A stretch of 63,335 nt of DNA, taken from positions 1 to 63,335 of the forward strand of contig JAQAJI010000030.1 of assembly GCA_028278665.1 (NCBI GenBank), given 5' to 3'. Below are positions 1 through 9,563 of the stretch, one piece after another. Position numbers and translations under genes: made by a program. Numbering within the stretch: the first letter of the stretch is position 1; every line of letters starts with the position of its first letter. The DNA is from Candidatus Rariloculus versatilis. Its GTDB lineage: Bacteria; Pseudomonadota; Gammaproteobacteria; Steroidobacterales; Rariloculaceae. The notes beneath the pieces were generated by a model, which saw only the letters and a list, made by a program, of their open reading frames with translations, ran no database searches and was not told the DNA's origin.

Positions 1-683
1 TCGTCCCTGCCGACGAACGGGTTGTCCTCGGGCACGCTGCCGTCGTCGCGAATCCTGAGCGTCTTGCCGACGTGGTTCTCGAGGCTCTGTGCCTTGATGC
101 GCAGGCTTGGGTCGTCCTCGCCTATGCAGCAAAGGCGGTCGCGGTCGCCCACGGTGATGTAGAGCGTTTCATCCGGCGCGAACATGATCCGGCCGCCGAG
201 ATTGCCGCCCGTTTCCCAGGCATCGGCGACAAATACCTCTTCCACATCGACGAGCGTTTCGCCGTCGAGACGCCCCCTCGATATGGCGAGCGTCGTACCG
301 AGCTCCCCCCATTTGACGTGCGACATGTAAACGAGACCGTTCCCGGCGAAACCGGGATGCACGGCCAGCGCGTGCAGCCGCGTATTGTTGGAACCGGCCC
401 GCACGCCGTCGGGCGCGAGCGGTGCTTCCCAGACCGGGTCGGGGAGCAACGCGCCGTCTCGGATCATGCGCATCCTGCCGGCGTGCTCGTAGACGAGCAG
501 CGTGCCGTTGTCGGGCAGGAACCCGATGCTCCATGGATGGACCAGCGCGTCCGCATTGGGTACGACGCGATAGGCCACGCCGCGCCACGCGAATTCGACC
601 GGCGCGGTCGGGTTGACGCAGCGGGCAGGCGGTTGCGCCGCACTACCGCCGGCAGCCAGAAGCAGTGGGGGTCGCGAACCTCG
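1..683 (-). CDS. PQQ-dependent sugar dehydrogenase (soluble glucose/sorbosone dehydrogenase family), 5' part only; gene continues left of the window
   Basis: Absent from the ORF track because no stop codon is inside the window. My own minus-strand translation reads ...AYRVVPNADALVHPWSIGFLPDNGTLLVYEHAGRMRMIRDG...NTRLHALAVHPGFAGNGLVYMSHVKW...GGRIMFAPDETLYITVGDR...LENHVGKTLRIRDDGSVPEDNPFVGRD, the pattern of the GSDH/YliI beta-propeller family. The frame is open up to 683. The first canonical in-frame start is GTG at 578 (see the finding on the start region). Confidence 0.7.
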
Positions 684-943
684 TCAGAGCTGTCACTTCG
701 GCAGGCCTCGCGGATCGGCTGACAATCGGATCGCGCATCGTAGCACGGGATTCAGACGGCGCAGACTCCGCTGCGTGAAAGGCGACAACGTCGGCAGCGG
801 CCGTGCTTCGGCCGCGGTTGCGCTCGATACGATGGCAGACCCAACCCGACGATCAGGAACAAGACCTGAATCCTGTCCAACAGCGACGCGCGTACTGTGG
901 CGATGATCGATTGGAAGTGGGACGTCGGGGGTCAGGTGTTGGG

Positions 944-2455
944 TCAAGCTCCGACGAGCGCGATCCCGAAGATGCGCTGCAGTATCAGGACCAGGCACAT
1001 GCCGGTGAACACCACCAGGCTGGTCCAGCCGAACCAGGTCGCGAATGTCGATGGATAGAACATGCGGTCGTGCTTCGGGATCACCTTGAAGCAATAGTAG
1101 AGGTTAAGGAAGAAGATCACCGGCGCGACGAAATAGGCGAGCGCCGACGCGATGAGCACGAGGTAGACCGGCCGCGGCACGCCGCCGATTATCGCGACCG
1201 AAGAGATCAACGAGAACATCATCGCGGCGCGATAGAGGTTGTATTCGGAGTACCAGCGCCGGCGGTGTTCGGAGCCCAGTTCGTCTTTTGCGGTTCCCGG
1301 CAGCGACGCGGTGCCCCGGAAGAGATTTCGGCAGCAGGCGCCGACGAGGCGCGCGCGGCCGTCGAAATAGTTGAACGCCGTGGAATACGTGGCGGCCAGC
1401 GCGCCCGCGAGGAAGACGATCATCATCTCCGGACCCACGCTGTCGGTGAAGATGCGCGCAATCTCGCCCATGACCGCGTTGCCCTCGACATCGCTCGGAT
1501 AGAGCCAGACTGCAGCGAGCATCAGAAAGATCGTGGCAAGCAGAAAGGAAATCACGTGGCCGACGCCGAAATCCAGCAGCCCGATGCGGAACCAGCGGCG
1601 GCAGTACTCCCGGGCATGGCCCGGAAGCCGCTCCGTATCCACTGCGAGGTCGTGGCCGCCCTGGGCGAAGGGGTCGAAAGGCTTCGCCAGGCCCAGGTTT
1701 TCAAGCGCCGGGCGGATCCGCCCCATTCCCACCTTCTTGGCCTTGCCCCATTCGGACGCCTGCAGCGAGACGTCTATGCCGGTCGGCAATAGCCCGAGAA
1801 ACGATGCGATGATGAGCCATGAGCCCTCGGGCGCATCGAGTTCGAAGAAGTGCACGAATTCGCTCGCTGGAGCCGGCTGCACGAAATACACCACGATTAT
1901 CGATGCGACGAGCACCCCCGCAGCGACCTTCGTGGCGATCTCCACGGCCGCGAATTTGCCGCGCAGGATGATCGTGACGGACATCACGGCGAGGATCAGG
2001 GCGTACAGGGCAAGTTCCCGATCATTGTCTAGCCCCGGAATATCCACACCGAGATATTGGTTGAAAAAGTAGAGCACCACGGCGGCCGCAGCGATGAGCC
2101 TCCCGGCCTGCCCGACCGCCGCCTGGATCACCGTAGTGATCAGCACGTACCAGACCGGCAACTTCTTCCATGCCGTTGCGTACGCGTCGACGATGCTGCG
2201 TCCGGTTGCGTGCGTGAACCTGAACGCCATCTCGAAGCCGTAGTACTTGAAGATGTAGGCGATCGGAATGCACCACAGCAGCGCGTATTCGAAGCGCCCG
2301 CCGGCCGCGGGCGCGGTGACGAGATGACTCGTGCCAATGCCGGTCATCATGAGGATCATGCCCGGCCCGAATTTCCGGAGCACGCTGCCCGGCGCCATGG
2401 ACGGCAGTTCGAGTGACTCGAGTTCGCTTTGGGCGGGTTCGTTGCTGGCGGTCAT
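944..2455 (-). CDS. NRAMP-like (COG1914-type) polytopic membrane transporter, probably divalent metal
   Basis: 503-aa ORF with many hydrophobic segments. The N-terminal GPGMILMMTGIGTSHLV...FEYALLW resembles the first TM pair of NRAMP/MntH-related transporters, but the canonical DPGN motif is not present. Confidence 0.5.
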   Translation of the reverse strand: MTASNEPAQSELESLELPSMAPGSVLRKFGPGMILMMTGIGTSHLVTAPAAGGRFEYALLWCIPIAYIFKYYGFEMAFRFTHATGRSIVDAYATAWKKLPVWYVLITTVIQAAVGQAGRLIAAAAVVLYFFNQYLGVDIPGLDNDRELALYALILAVMSVTIILRGKFAAVEIATKVAAGVLVASIIVVYFVQPAPASEFVHFFELDAPEGSWLIIASFLGLLPTGIDVSLQASEWGKAKKVGMGRIRPALENLGLAKPFDPFAQGGHDLAVDTERLPGHAREYCRRWFRIGLLDFGVGHVISFLLATIFLMLAAVWLYPSDVEGNAVMGEIARIFTDSVGPEMMIVFLAGALAATYSTAFNYFDGRARLVGACCRNLFRGTASLPGTAKDELGSEHRRRWYSEYNLYRAAMMFSLISSVAIIGGVPRPVYLVLIASALAYFVAPVIFFLNLYYCFKVIPKHDRMFYPSTFATWFGWTSLVVFTGMCLVLILQRIFGIALVGA

Positions 2456-2640
2456 GAATTCACCTCGTCTCCCGTCCTGCTGCAGGAATCAGACCCGACC
2501 GGAAGGGAACACGGCCGCGCAAGGGCAATCCGACACGAAAGGCGCGCGACGGACGCCGCAGCGCGCCCCGTCGAGAGCGGGCCCGCCGGCAACTCGATCT
2601 GTACGCTCCCCGAACGGGAGCCGAAGGAATCGCACGTCCT

Positions 2641-2674
2641 CGCTTTCGCGACTTCCTAACGCGCTGGCTCCTGG
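2641..2674. mobile_element. degenerate MITE terminal fragment
   Basis: CGCTTTCGCGACTTCCTAACGCGCTGGCTCCTGG compared with the element's CGCTTTCGCGACTTCCTACGGCGCACACTCCTAG. It overlaps the last 6 codons and the stop of the serine hydrolase gene. Confidence 0.4.
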
Positions 2675-3939
2675 GCCACGACGGACTGCATGACCGCGTC
2701 CTCGAATTCGGGCCGCATGCCGCGAACCGGTGTCTGGATCATGAGCACGCCGACGAGATTCTCGGTGGGATCGACCCAGAAATGCGTGCCGTAGGCGCCG
2801 CTCCAGCCGAAGCTGCCCTTTGTCAGGTAGGTATCGCGGGCCACGGGGTCGGTGACGACGCGTACGCTGAGCCCGTAGCCCTCACCGGCCGGTCGGCCGG
2901 GCAGGCTGTCGGGGATGTATGCCGAGCCCATGAGTTGCACGGATCTCGGGCTCAGGATCCGCACGCCGTCAAGTTCACCGCCGTTGGCGAGCATCATCGC
3001 GAAGCGCCCGTAGTCCGAAGCCGTGGTCATGAGACCGCCGGCGCCGGAGGAGTAGTTCGGACCGGACATGCTGTCGGGGTTCTCGCGCGGCTCGAGACCG
3101 TCGTCGGTTCGCGAATACGAGTTCACAAGGCGCTCGCGCTGTGCGGGGCTAGGCCAGAAGGTCGCATCCTCGATGCCGAGCGGCCCGAAGATCCGCGCCT
3201 GGAGAAACTCCTCGAAGCGTTGGCCGGAGACGACTTCGACGATGCGGCTCAGGACATCGAACCCTGCCAGCGCGCTGTAGGCCCAGCGGGCACCGGGCTG
3301 GAACTCGAGCGGCGCCGCGCCGAGCTCGTCGACCCACGCGAGGCCGACATCGTGACGCGTGGTCATCATGTCGCGGCCGACGCTGTTGCCCATGGGACCG
3401 CTCAAAACGCCGGAAGTGTGCGTGAGCAGGTCGCGCACCGTGACTTCCCTGTCCGCCGGGACCGTGTAGAACTCCGGCGGCGGCCCGCCGAAGCCGCCAT
3501 AGCCTCCGCCGGGCCGGGCGTCTCCCGAACGCTTGCCGACCTCGGTGCCCTCGAACGACGGCAGAAAGCGCGACACGGGATCGCGCAGGCGAACCTTGCC
3601 TTCCTCGACGAGGATCATGATCGCGACGCCGGCGACAGGCTTTGACATCGATGCGATCCGGAAGATCGTATCGCTGCGCATCGGAGTCCGGGATTCGATG
3701 TCCATGACTCCCTGCGCTTGAAGGTGCGCGATCTGGCCGTTGCGCCCCACGAGCGTTACGGCGCCTGTGATGTCGCCCTGCTCGACATACCGGTCGACCA
3801 GTTCGTTGATTCTTTGCAGTCGTTCCGACGAGAGGCCAACGCTCTCCGGTTGCACGACCTGCGCCGTCGAGACAGCCGCAAGGCCCGACAGTAAGACGGC
3901 CGCCGCGTACCGCAAGATCCAGGATTTCGATGTATTCAT
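2656..3939 (-). CDS. beta-lactamase-related serine hydrolase (class C / EstB-like), secreted
   Basis: SxxK motif in FRIASMSKPVAGVAIMIL. Signal peptide MNTSKSWILRYAAAVLLSGLAAVSTAQ. Start trimmed from 4014 to the ATG at 3939. Confidence 0.8.
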   Translation of the reverse strand: MNTSKSWILRYAAAVLLSGLAAVSTAQVVQPESVGLSSERLQRINELVDRYVEQGDITGAVTLVGRNGQIAHLQAQGVMDIESRTPMRSDTIFRIASMSKPVAGVAIMILVEEGKVRLRDPVSRFLPSFEGTEVGKRSGDARPGGGYGGFGGPPPEFYTVPADREVTVRDLLTHTSGVLSGPMGNSVGRDMMTTRHDVGLAWVDELGAAPLEFQPGARWAYSALAGFDVLSRIVEVVSGQRFEEFLQARIFGPLGIEDATFWPSPAQRERLVNSYSRTDDGLEPRENPDSMSGPNYSSGAGGLMTTASDYGRFAMMLANGGELDGVRILSPRSVQLMGSAYIPDSLPGRPAGEGYGLSVRVVTDPVARDTYLTKGSFGWSGAYGTHFWVDPTENLVGVLMIQTPVRGMRPEFEDAVMQSVVAQEPAR

Positions 3940-4180
3940 ATTTTGTTCCCGGTGTATCCCCGACTCGCCCGAATCGTACAATGGTAGCGGGCCTGTGACC
4001 AACGACGACGACACGCGGCGAGCGTCGTTATTGCGGACCCGCCAGGGACACCGGCGACATGCCGGGCTGACGTTTCGGCCGCGAGCGCTTGAATTCGCCC
4101 TGCGACTCGGGCTTGCGGACCGCCTGCGCAGGCGTTGATGCCAGGTCGGCGCGACAGCTCCGGGGACGCAGCAGACCGGG

Positions 4181-5089
4181 TTGCCGTGGCGGTCGGTGAC
4201 GGCAGACTCGCGCGACGGTCCACGACGTGAAACCGCGCGGGAACACGACTGCGCGCAAAGTGGGACAGCGGTTGACGATGCAGGGATTCAGGGCTTGAAA
4301 AGCGGCGACTGGCAGAACCTGGCGACGACGGACTTCGGAGCCGTCGATGCCGAAACGACTATCGCTCTGTTACCGGTTTCGGCGATCGAGCAGCACGGGC
4401 CGCATCTGCCGCTCTCGACGGACGCCGTGATCGCCGACGGCATCGTCCGGGCGGCGCTCGACGGCCTGCCGACACCGCCGACGGTGCTCGTGCTGCCCGG
4501 CTTCGTCGTCGGCGACAGCGTCGAACATACGAATTTTCCAGGCACGCTCAGCATCGATGCGCAAATTCTGGCCGCCTCCTGGTTAGATATCGGCCGAAGC
4601 GTAGCGCGCGCCGGGATCCGCAAACTCGTGATCCTCAACAGCCACGGCGGCCAGAAGGCGCTCGTCGATCTCGCGGCCATGCGGCTGCGCGCGGAACTCG
4701 CGATGCTCGTCGTTCGCGCCAACTACTTTTCCTTCGGCATGCCTGCCGGGCTCTTCGACGAACGGGAGATTCTGCACGGCGTGCACGGCGGCGAGATCGA
4801 GACCTCCCTGATGCTGCATTTGCGCCCGGACCTCGTACGCCGAGATGCCCTGGACAATTTCGCCGGCCTGCCCGAAGCGCTTGCCGACCGCAACGTCGTG
4901 CTCGGCGCCGAAAAACCGGCCGGTTTCGCGTGGATGAGCGAGGACCTGCACCCGGCCGGCGTCTGCGGCGACGCGGCGAGCGCCGACGCCGATCGCGGCG
5001 GCCGCTACCTGAACTACCTTCGCGAGCGCCTGCGCACCCTGCTCGTCGAGCTTGGCGAGACGCCGCTCGGCATCATCGACAAGGGCTGA
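4181..5089 (+). CDS. creatininase-family amidohydrolase
   Basis: LLPVSAIEQHGPHLPLSTDAVIADGI and ILNSHGGQ are typical of the creatininase/ArfB family. Start uncertain: TTG 4181 as in the track, or in-frame TTG 4295, which leaves the usual roughly 20 residues before the EQHG block. Confidence 0.75.
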   Translation: MPWRSVTADSRDGPRRETAREHDCAQSGTAVDDAGIQGLKSGDWQNLATTDFGAVDAETTIALLPVSAIEQHGPHLPLSTDAVIADGIVRAALDGLPTPPTVLVLPGFVVGDSVEHTNFPGTLSIDAQILAASWLDIGRSVARAGIRKLVILNSHGGQKALVDLAAMRLRAELAMLVVRANYFSFGMPAGLFDEREILHGVHGGEIETSLMLHLRPDLVRRDALDNFAGLPEALADRNVVLGAEKPAGFAWMSEDLHPAGVCGDAASADADRGGRYLNYLRERLRTLLVELGETPLGIIDKG

Positions 5090-5340
5090 CCGCCCCGGCG
5101 CGGCAGCGATCCCGCTCGCGGGGCGGTGTGACGGTTCGGCCCGGCGCGAACCGTTCCAGCGGTCCGTGGCAAAGGTCCCGCGTCGCACCGAGACCGACGA
5201 GGTGCCCGGCTGACGAGGTGTTTCGCCCCATGCCGCGGGATTTCTGCCACGGGCTGCTGCGGCCGCACAGTCACGCCGGGTGGTAACATTGCGCCCCCAC
5301 GAGCACGAGGAGCGGGCGACGGGTGGCCCGCTGCGACCCA

Positions 5341-6954
5341 ATGAGCCGAATCGCTCTTTACGACACGACGCTGCGCGACGGCTGCCAGTCCGAGGATGTC
5401 GCATTCACGCTCGAGGACAAGCTGCGCATCGCCGAGGAACTCGATGCCTGCGGAATCGGCTACATCGAAGGCGGCTGGCCGGGCTCCAACCCGCGCGACC
5501 AGGAGTTCTTCCCCGCCGTAAGGGAACTCAATCTCCAACACGCGAAGGTGGCGGCCTTCGGTTCGACGCGCAGGGCCGGCACGGCGGTCGAGGACGACCT
5601 CAACCTGCGCCAATTGCTGAAGGCGCAAACCCCCGTCGTCACGATCGTCGGCAAGACCTGGGACCTGCACGTGCGCGACGACCTGCGCATCTCCCGGGAT
5701 GAGAACCTCGACATCATCGGCGAGTCGATCGCCTACCTGAAGCGGCGCGTCGACGAAGTGATTTTCGATGCCGAACACTTTTTCGACGGCTACAAGGCCG
5801 ATCCCAAATACACGCTCAAGTGTCTCAAGGCGGCGGCAGACGCGGGAGCGGACGTGCTGGTGCTCTGCGACACGCGCGGGGGCAGCATGCCGCACGAGAT
5901 TCGCGAGGCCGTCGGGGCGGTCGCGACGCTCGGGGAGAATGCGCTCGGCATCCATTGCCACAACGACTGCGAACTCGCGGTCGCCAACTCGCTTGCGGCC
6001 GTCGAAGCCGGCGCGACGCAGGTGCAGGGCACGATCAACGGCTTCGGCGAACGCTGCGGCAACGCGAATCTCTGCTCCGTGATCCCGAACCTGCAGCTCA
6101 AGCTCGGCCTTCAGTGCGTCAGTCCCGAGCAGTTGAAGCTGCTGCCGCACGTGTCCGGCGTCGTCTATGAACTCGCGAACATCGAGCCCTTCAAGCGTCA
6201 GGCCTACGTCGGTGCAAGCGCATTCGCCCACAAGGGCGGATTGCACGTGGCCGCCGTGCAGAAGAACAGCGAAACCTACGAGCACATCGCTCCCGAACTC
6301 ATCGGCAACACGCAGCGCGTGCTCGTCTCGGACCTGTCAGGACGCAGCAACGTCATCTACAAGGCCAGGCAGTTCGGGTTCGATATCGATTACAGCAATC
6401 CTGCCGTCAAGACCGTGCTTGAGAAGGTCAAGCAACTTGAGAATGCCGGCTACCAGTACGAAGGCGCCGATGCGTCGTTCGAGCTGCTAATCCAGGAAGC
6501 GCTCGGCGGAGCGCGCGTGCATCACTTCCGCCTGATGAGCTTCCGGGTCAGCGACGAGAAGCTCAAGGACGGCGAGCCGGCCCTGTCGGAGGCGACCGTG
6601 CGGATCGAGGGGCCGGACGGCAGGATCGAGCATACCGTTGCTCAGGGCAACGGCCCGCTCAACGCGCTCGACCGGGCGCTGCGCAAGGCCCTGACACCGT
6701 TCTATCCCGAACTCAACGAGCTGGAGCTGCTCGACTACAAGGTCAGGGTACTCGGCGGCCGGGCCGGCACGCAGGCAACAGTCCGGGTGCTCATCGAGTC
6801 GGGCGATTCCCGCGGCAAGTGGGGCACGGTCGGCGTCTCGACGAATGTTCTCGAGGCAAGCTGGCAGGCGCTCGTTGACAGCATCGACTACAAGCTCTAC
6901 AAGGACAAGAAAGAAAGGCGCAATACAAAGTCAACGGGGGAAGGGCAACGATGA
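5341..6954 (+). CDS. cimA: (R)-citramalate synthase (long LeuA-family form)
   Basis: [57 protein letters not shown], an [13 protein letters not shown] metal site and a C-terminal regulatory domain. Start trimmed to the ATG at 5341. Confidence 0.85.
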   Translation: MSRIALYDTTLRDGCQSEDVAFTLEDKLRIAEELDACGIGYIEGGWPGSNPRDQEFFPAVRELNLQHAKVAAFGSTRRAGTAVEDDLNLRQLLKAQTPVVTIVGKTWDLHVRDDLRISRDENLDIIGESIAYLKRRVDEVIFDAEHFFDGYKADPKYTLKCLKAAADAGADVLVLCDTRGGSMPHEIREAVGAVATLGENALGIHCHNDCELAVANSLAAVEAGATQVQGTINGFGERCGNANLCSVIPNLQLKLGLQCVSPEQLKLLPHVSGVVYELANIEPFKRQAYVGASAFAHKGGLHVAAVQKNSETYEHIAPELIGNTQRVLVSDLSGRSNVIYKARQFGFDIDYSNPAVKTVLEKVKQLENAGYQYEGADASFELLIQEALGGARVHHFRLMSFRVSDEKLKDGEPALSEATVRIEGPDGRIEHTVAQGNGPLNALDRALRKALTPFYPELNELELLDYKVRVLGGRAGTQATVRVLIESGDSRGKWGTVGVSTNVLEASWQALVDSIDYKLYKDKKERRNTKSTGEGQR

Positions 6955-7343
6955 AAAAACATGCGATTCAGTTGGTCGTGATGAGCGGATTCCTCATGGT
7001 CGCAGCCAAACTGCCGGCTCATCATGCCGTGGCGAGCGTGTATGACCTCAATACCGAAGTGGTCCTCGAAGGCCGGCTCACGAAATTGAACTATCGCAAT
7101 CCGCATGCGAACCTCCTGCTCGAGGTGCCGAACGAAGACGGCAGTTCAACAGAGTGGACCCTGACGACAGCCTCCACGCAGGTGCTGGGCCGGGCGGGCG
7201 TCAACAGGGACTCGATGACCCCGGGCCAGATCCTCAAGATCACGATTCTTCCGGCGAGAAACGGGAACCCCGCCGGGTTCATCCGAACGCTCGAACTCGG
7301 CGACCGCGCAATCGAACTGTTCTTCCGCGACCGTCCGAACTAA
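6951..7343 (+). CDS. small secreted protein, DUF6152-like
   Basis: 130 aa. A signal peptide is followed by HHAVASVYD..., the N-terminal His-His of DUF6152-type proteins as I remember them. The ATG overlaps the cimA stop (ATGA). Confidence 0.55.
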   Translation: MKKHAIQLVVMSGFLMVAAKLPAHHAVASVYDLNTEVVLEGRLTKLNYRNPHANLLLEVPNEDGSSTEWTLTTASTQVLGRAGVNRDSMTPGQILKITILPARNGNPAGFIRTLELGDRAIELFFRDRPN

Positions 7344-7418
7344 CCGCAGAAAACAGCCCTGCTCTGCCGCGCGGGGGTACCGCCACGCGCTGCCTATTGC
7401 CACACAAGGGGGATTGCG

Positions 7419-8351
7419 ATGTCACCTCGACGATCGATCATCACAGCAGCGTTCGCCATAGCCGTTGCGATGGGTGTCGCGCTGCCGGCCGCCGCGCAGT
7501 TCTTCGGCAGGCCGCCTGCGTATACTCCGGAACCCGGCGCCCGGGATCTCAAGGCGACCCTCTTCAATTGGGCCTGGCACATGGGGATGCTGCGCGGCCA
7601 GGCCGAACCCGAACTCGTCGCGACGCTCGAATACCAGGCCGAAGGCACCGTTCAGATCGACGGACAAGCCTGCTCGCTGACCGGCTACCGCATCAGCGCC
7701 AATTACCGGATCCCGGGCTACCGTACGCAGATCGACTGCACGCTGCCCGACGGGCAGTCGTACTCCAACATCGAAACGATCAGCGGGGACTACTCCTGGG
7801 ACGAGGACACCCCCGGCGCCGAACTCATCCCCGGCGACGGCACTGCCACCCCGCGGCCCGCCGCGCTCGAGGAACGGCTGATCCGGCTGTGGGCCAGCCC
7901 CCATGGTGCGCCGAAGTCGGCCATCGCCGCCGCGGCGAGTGTGCCGGTCTCCGAATCGTTTGCCTTCAACCCGGCCGAATTGCTCGACGAGCAGGCCGCC
8001 GCAGGTGTGGAATCGATGACGACTCTGGAGTGGCAGGCTGACCGGGCGGTGCTCACGTTCCCGCTCCCCGGCATCGCCGGAGCCACGGCGACCGCCACGC
8101 TCGACGAGACCTTCCTGCCCGAAAGCGTGGTCGTCACGTACGGCGATAACACGACGGAGTTCCTCTACGGGAACTTCCAGGATTTCAACAACCCGCTGCA
8201 CCGGATCGAAGCGCTGTACGCCGGCACGATCGTCGAACGCCTGAACGGCGAGGTCGTGCGCGAGCTCGAGACGACGTTGACGGAGGTCGGCCAGGTGTAC
8301 GTGGTGGTGCCCGTACCGGACAGCGTCCGGGCGGCGGCCGCCGGGAACTGA
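7419..8351 (+). CDS. secreted hypothetical protein
   Basis: 310 aa with signal peptide MSPRRSIITAAFAIAVAMGVALPAAAQ. Codon usage is consistent with the neighbours. I recognise no domain. Confidence 0.6.
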   Translation: MSPRRSIITAAFAIAVAMGVALPAAAQFFGRPPAYTPEPGARDLKATLFNWAWHMGMLRGQAEPELVATLEYQAEGTVQIDGQACSLTGYRISANYRIPGYRTQIDCTLPDGQSYSNIETISGDYSWDEDTPGAELIPGDGTATPRPAALEERLIRLWASPHGAPKSAIAAAASVPVSESFAFNPAELLDEQAAAGVESMTTLEWQADRAVLTFPLPGIAGATATATLDETFLPESVVVTYGDNTTEFLYGNFQDFNNPLHRIEALYAGTIVERLNGEVVRELETTLTEVGQVYVVVPVPDSVRAAAAGN

Positions 8352-8395
8352 CGGAGTTCCAACCATGAAGAACGCGAACTGACGGAGTTCGGACC

Positions 8396-9336
8396 ATGAA
8401 GAATACAAAGCGAATCGGGACACGTTATCCGGCGACTGCTGCGAGGGTCTTCGCACAGGATGGCTTGGAGACGTCGCGCCGGAGGGTTGGAGCTGCGGTC
8501 CCGGCGATCGCGGCGATGTTCCTCTGCGTTGTCGCGACTTCAGCGCAGGCGCAGTTCGGCGGCGGGCCCGATCCTGATGCGGCTCTGGCTGAGACGCCGA
8601 GGCACGCTAACGGCAAACCCGATCTGTCAGGCTCCTGGCGGGGAGTCGGCGGCGGGCCGCAACGCGTTCCGGGCGGGATGTTCCGGCGCTGCAGCCCATT
8701 CCAGGACAACTGCATGGAGTGGACCAATCAGAGCGCGGATTTCGTGTTCATGGCGTCGTCGCGGCTCGACATGAATCAACCCTTGTACAAGCCCGAGCAC
8801 TGGAACCGGGTTCAGGAACTCGATCAGTGGACCAACCTCTACGATCCCGACATGACCTGCCTGCCACTCGGCCTGCCGCGCCCCGGGCCGCCCGCGCGGA
8901 TATTCCACACGGACAGTCACATCACGATGCTGTACCGGGGCGGTCTGGACGGCGGCGGGGGCTATGCCGAGTGATCGGATTCGACAAGACCGAGCACGCT
9001 CCCGACGACATCTATGCCTATCGCTACTATGGCGTTCCGGTTGCAAGCTGGGACGGCGACACGCTCGTGCTCGAGTCGGTCGGGTTCACCGACGAGACCT
9101 GGTTCGGGCGCGGCGGCTTCTTCCATTCCGACCAGATGCGGCTCATCGAGCGGTTCACGAGGACCGGCAACGAGCTGCTCTATGAAGTGACCGTGGACGA
9201 TCCGGAGGTGCTCGTGGAGCCCTGGGTCATGCATCCGCGTATCCTGCAGATCACGAACAACCCGACGATCATCGCCGAACGCGGTTCCTGTACGGAGACC
9301 GAGCTGGACCAGGTCGCGACCCAGATTCGGCACTAG
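8396..9336 (+). pseudogene. secreted hypothetical protein, reading frame broken near 8957-8974
   Basis: ORF 8396..8974 carries a signal peptide and ends ...HITMLYRGGLDGGGGYAE*. It continues seamlessly in the next frame (ORF 8719..9336) as VIGFDKTEHAPDDIYAYRYYGVPVASWDGDTLVLESVGFTDETWF.... A G5 run lies at 8957-8961. Confidence 0.6.
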
Positions 9337-9393
9337 GAGTTTTCGCGGCGGTAAACGGCGCGCTGACATTGAGGGAGGAAGATGCTTCCATGT

Positions 9394-9443
9394 AAGCCCG
9401 CGCCGCAGGAAGTCGCGAACGCGAAAATTCGCTATCGCCGCCC
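9394..9443. mobile_element. MITE left-arm fragment
   Basis: AAGCCCGCGCCGCAGGAAGTCGCGAACGCGAAAATTCGCTATCGCCGCCC compared with the element's GAGTGTGCGCCGTAGGAAGTCGCGAAAGCGAAAATTCGCTATCGCCGTCC. Confidence 0.45.
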
Positions 9444-9563
9444 GCTGCTGGCCCGCGGCTGACCGGCGCGCAGCGCCGGGGGTGGCGCGGTTGCGCGACT
9501 GAATGGGGCGAAACCGCCGCGCGCGCGCGTTGATCCACCGATATTCGCTGGAGGAGCGGAGCC

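Noticed and set aside
72-722. 216-aa plus-strand ORF at the left edge
   Set aside because: It is antisense to a much more convincing minus-strand frame that encodes a recognisable PQQ-type sugar dehydrogenase. Its own sequence has no recognisable features.
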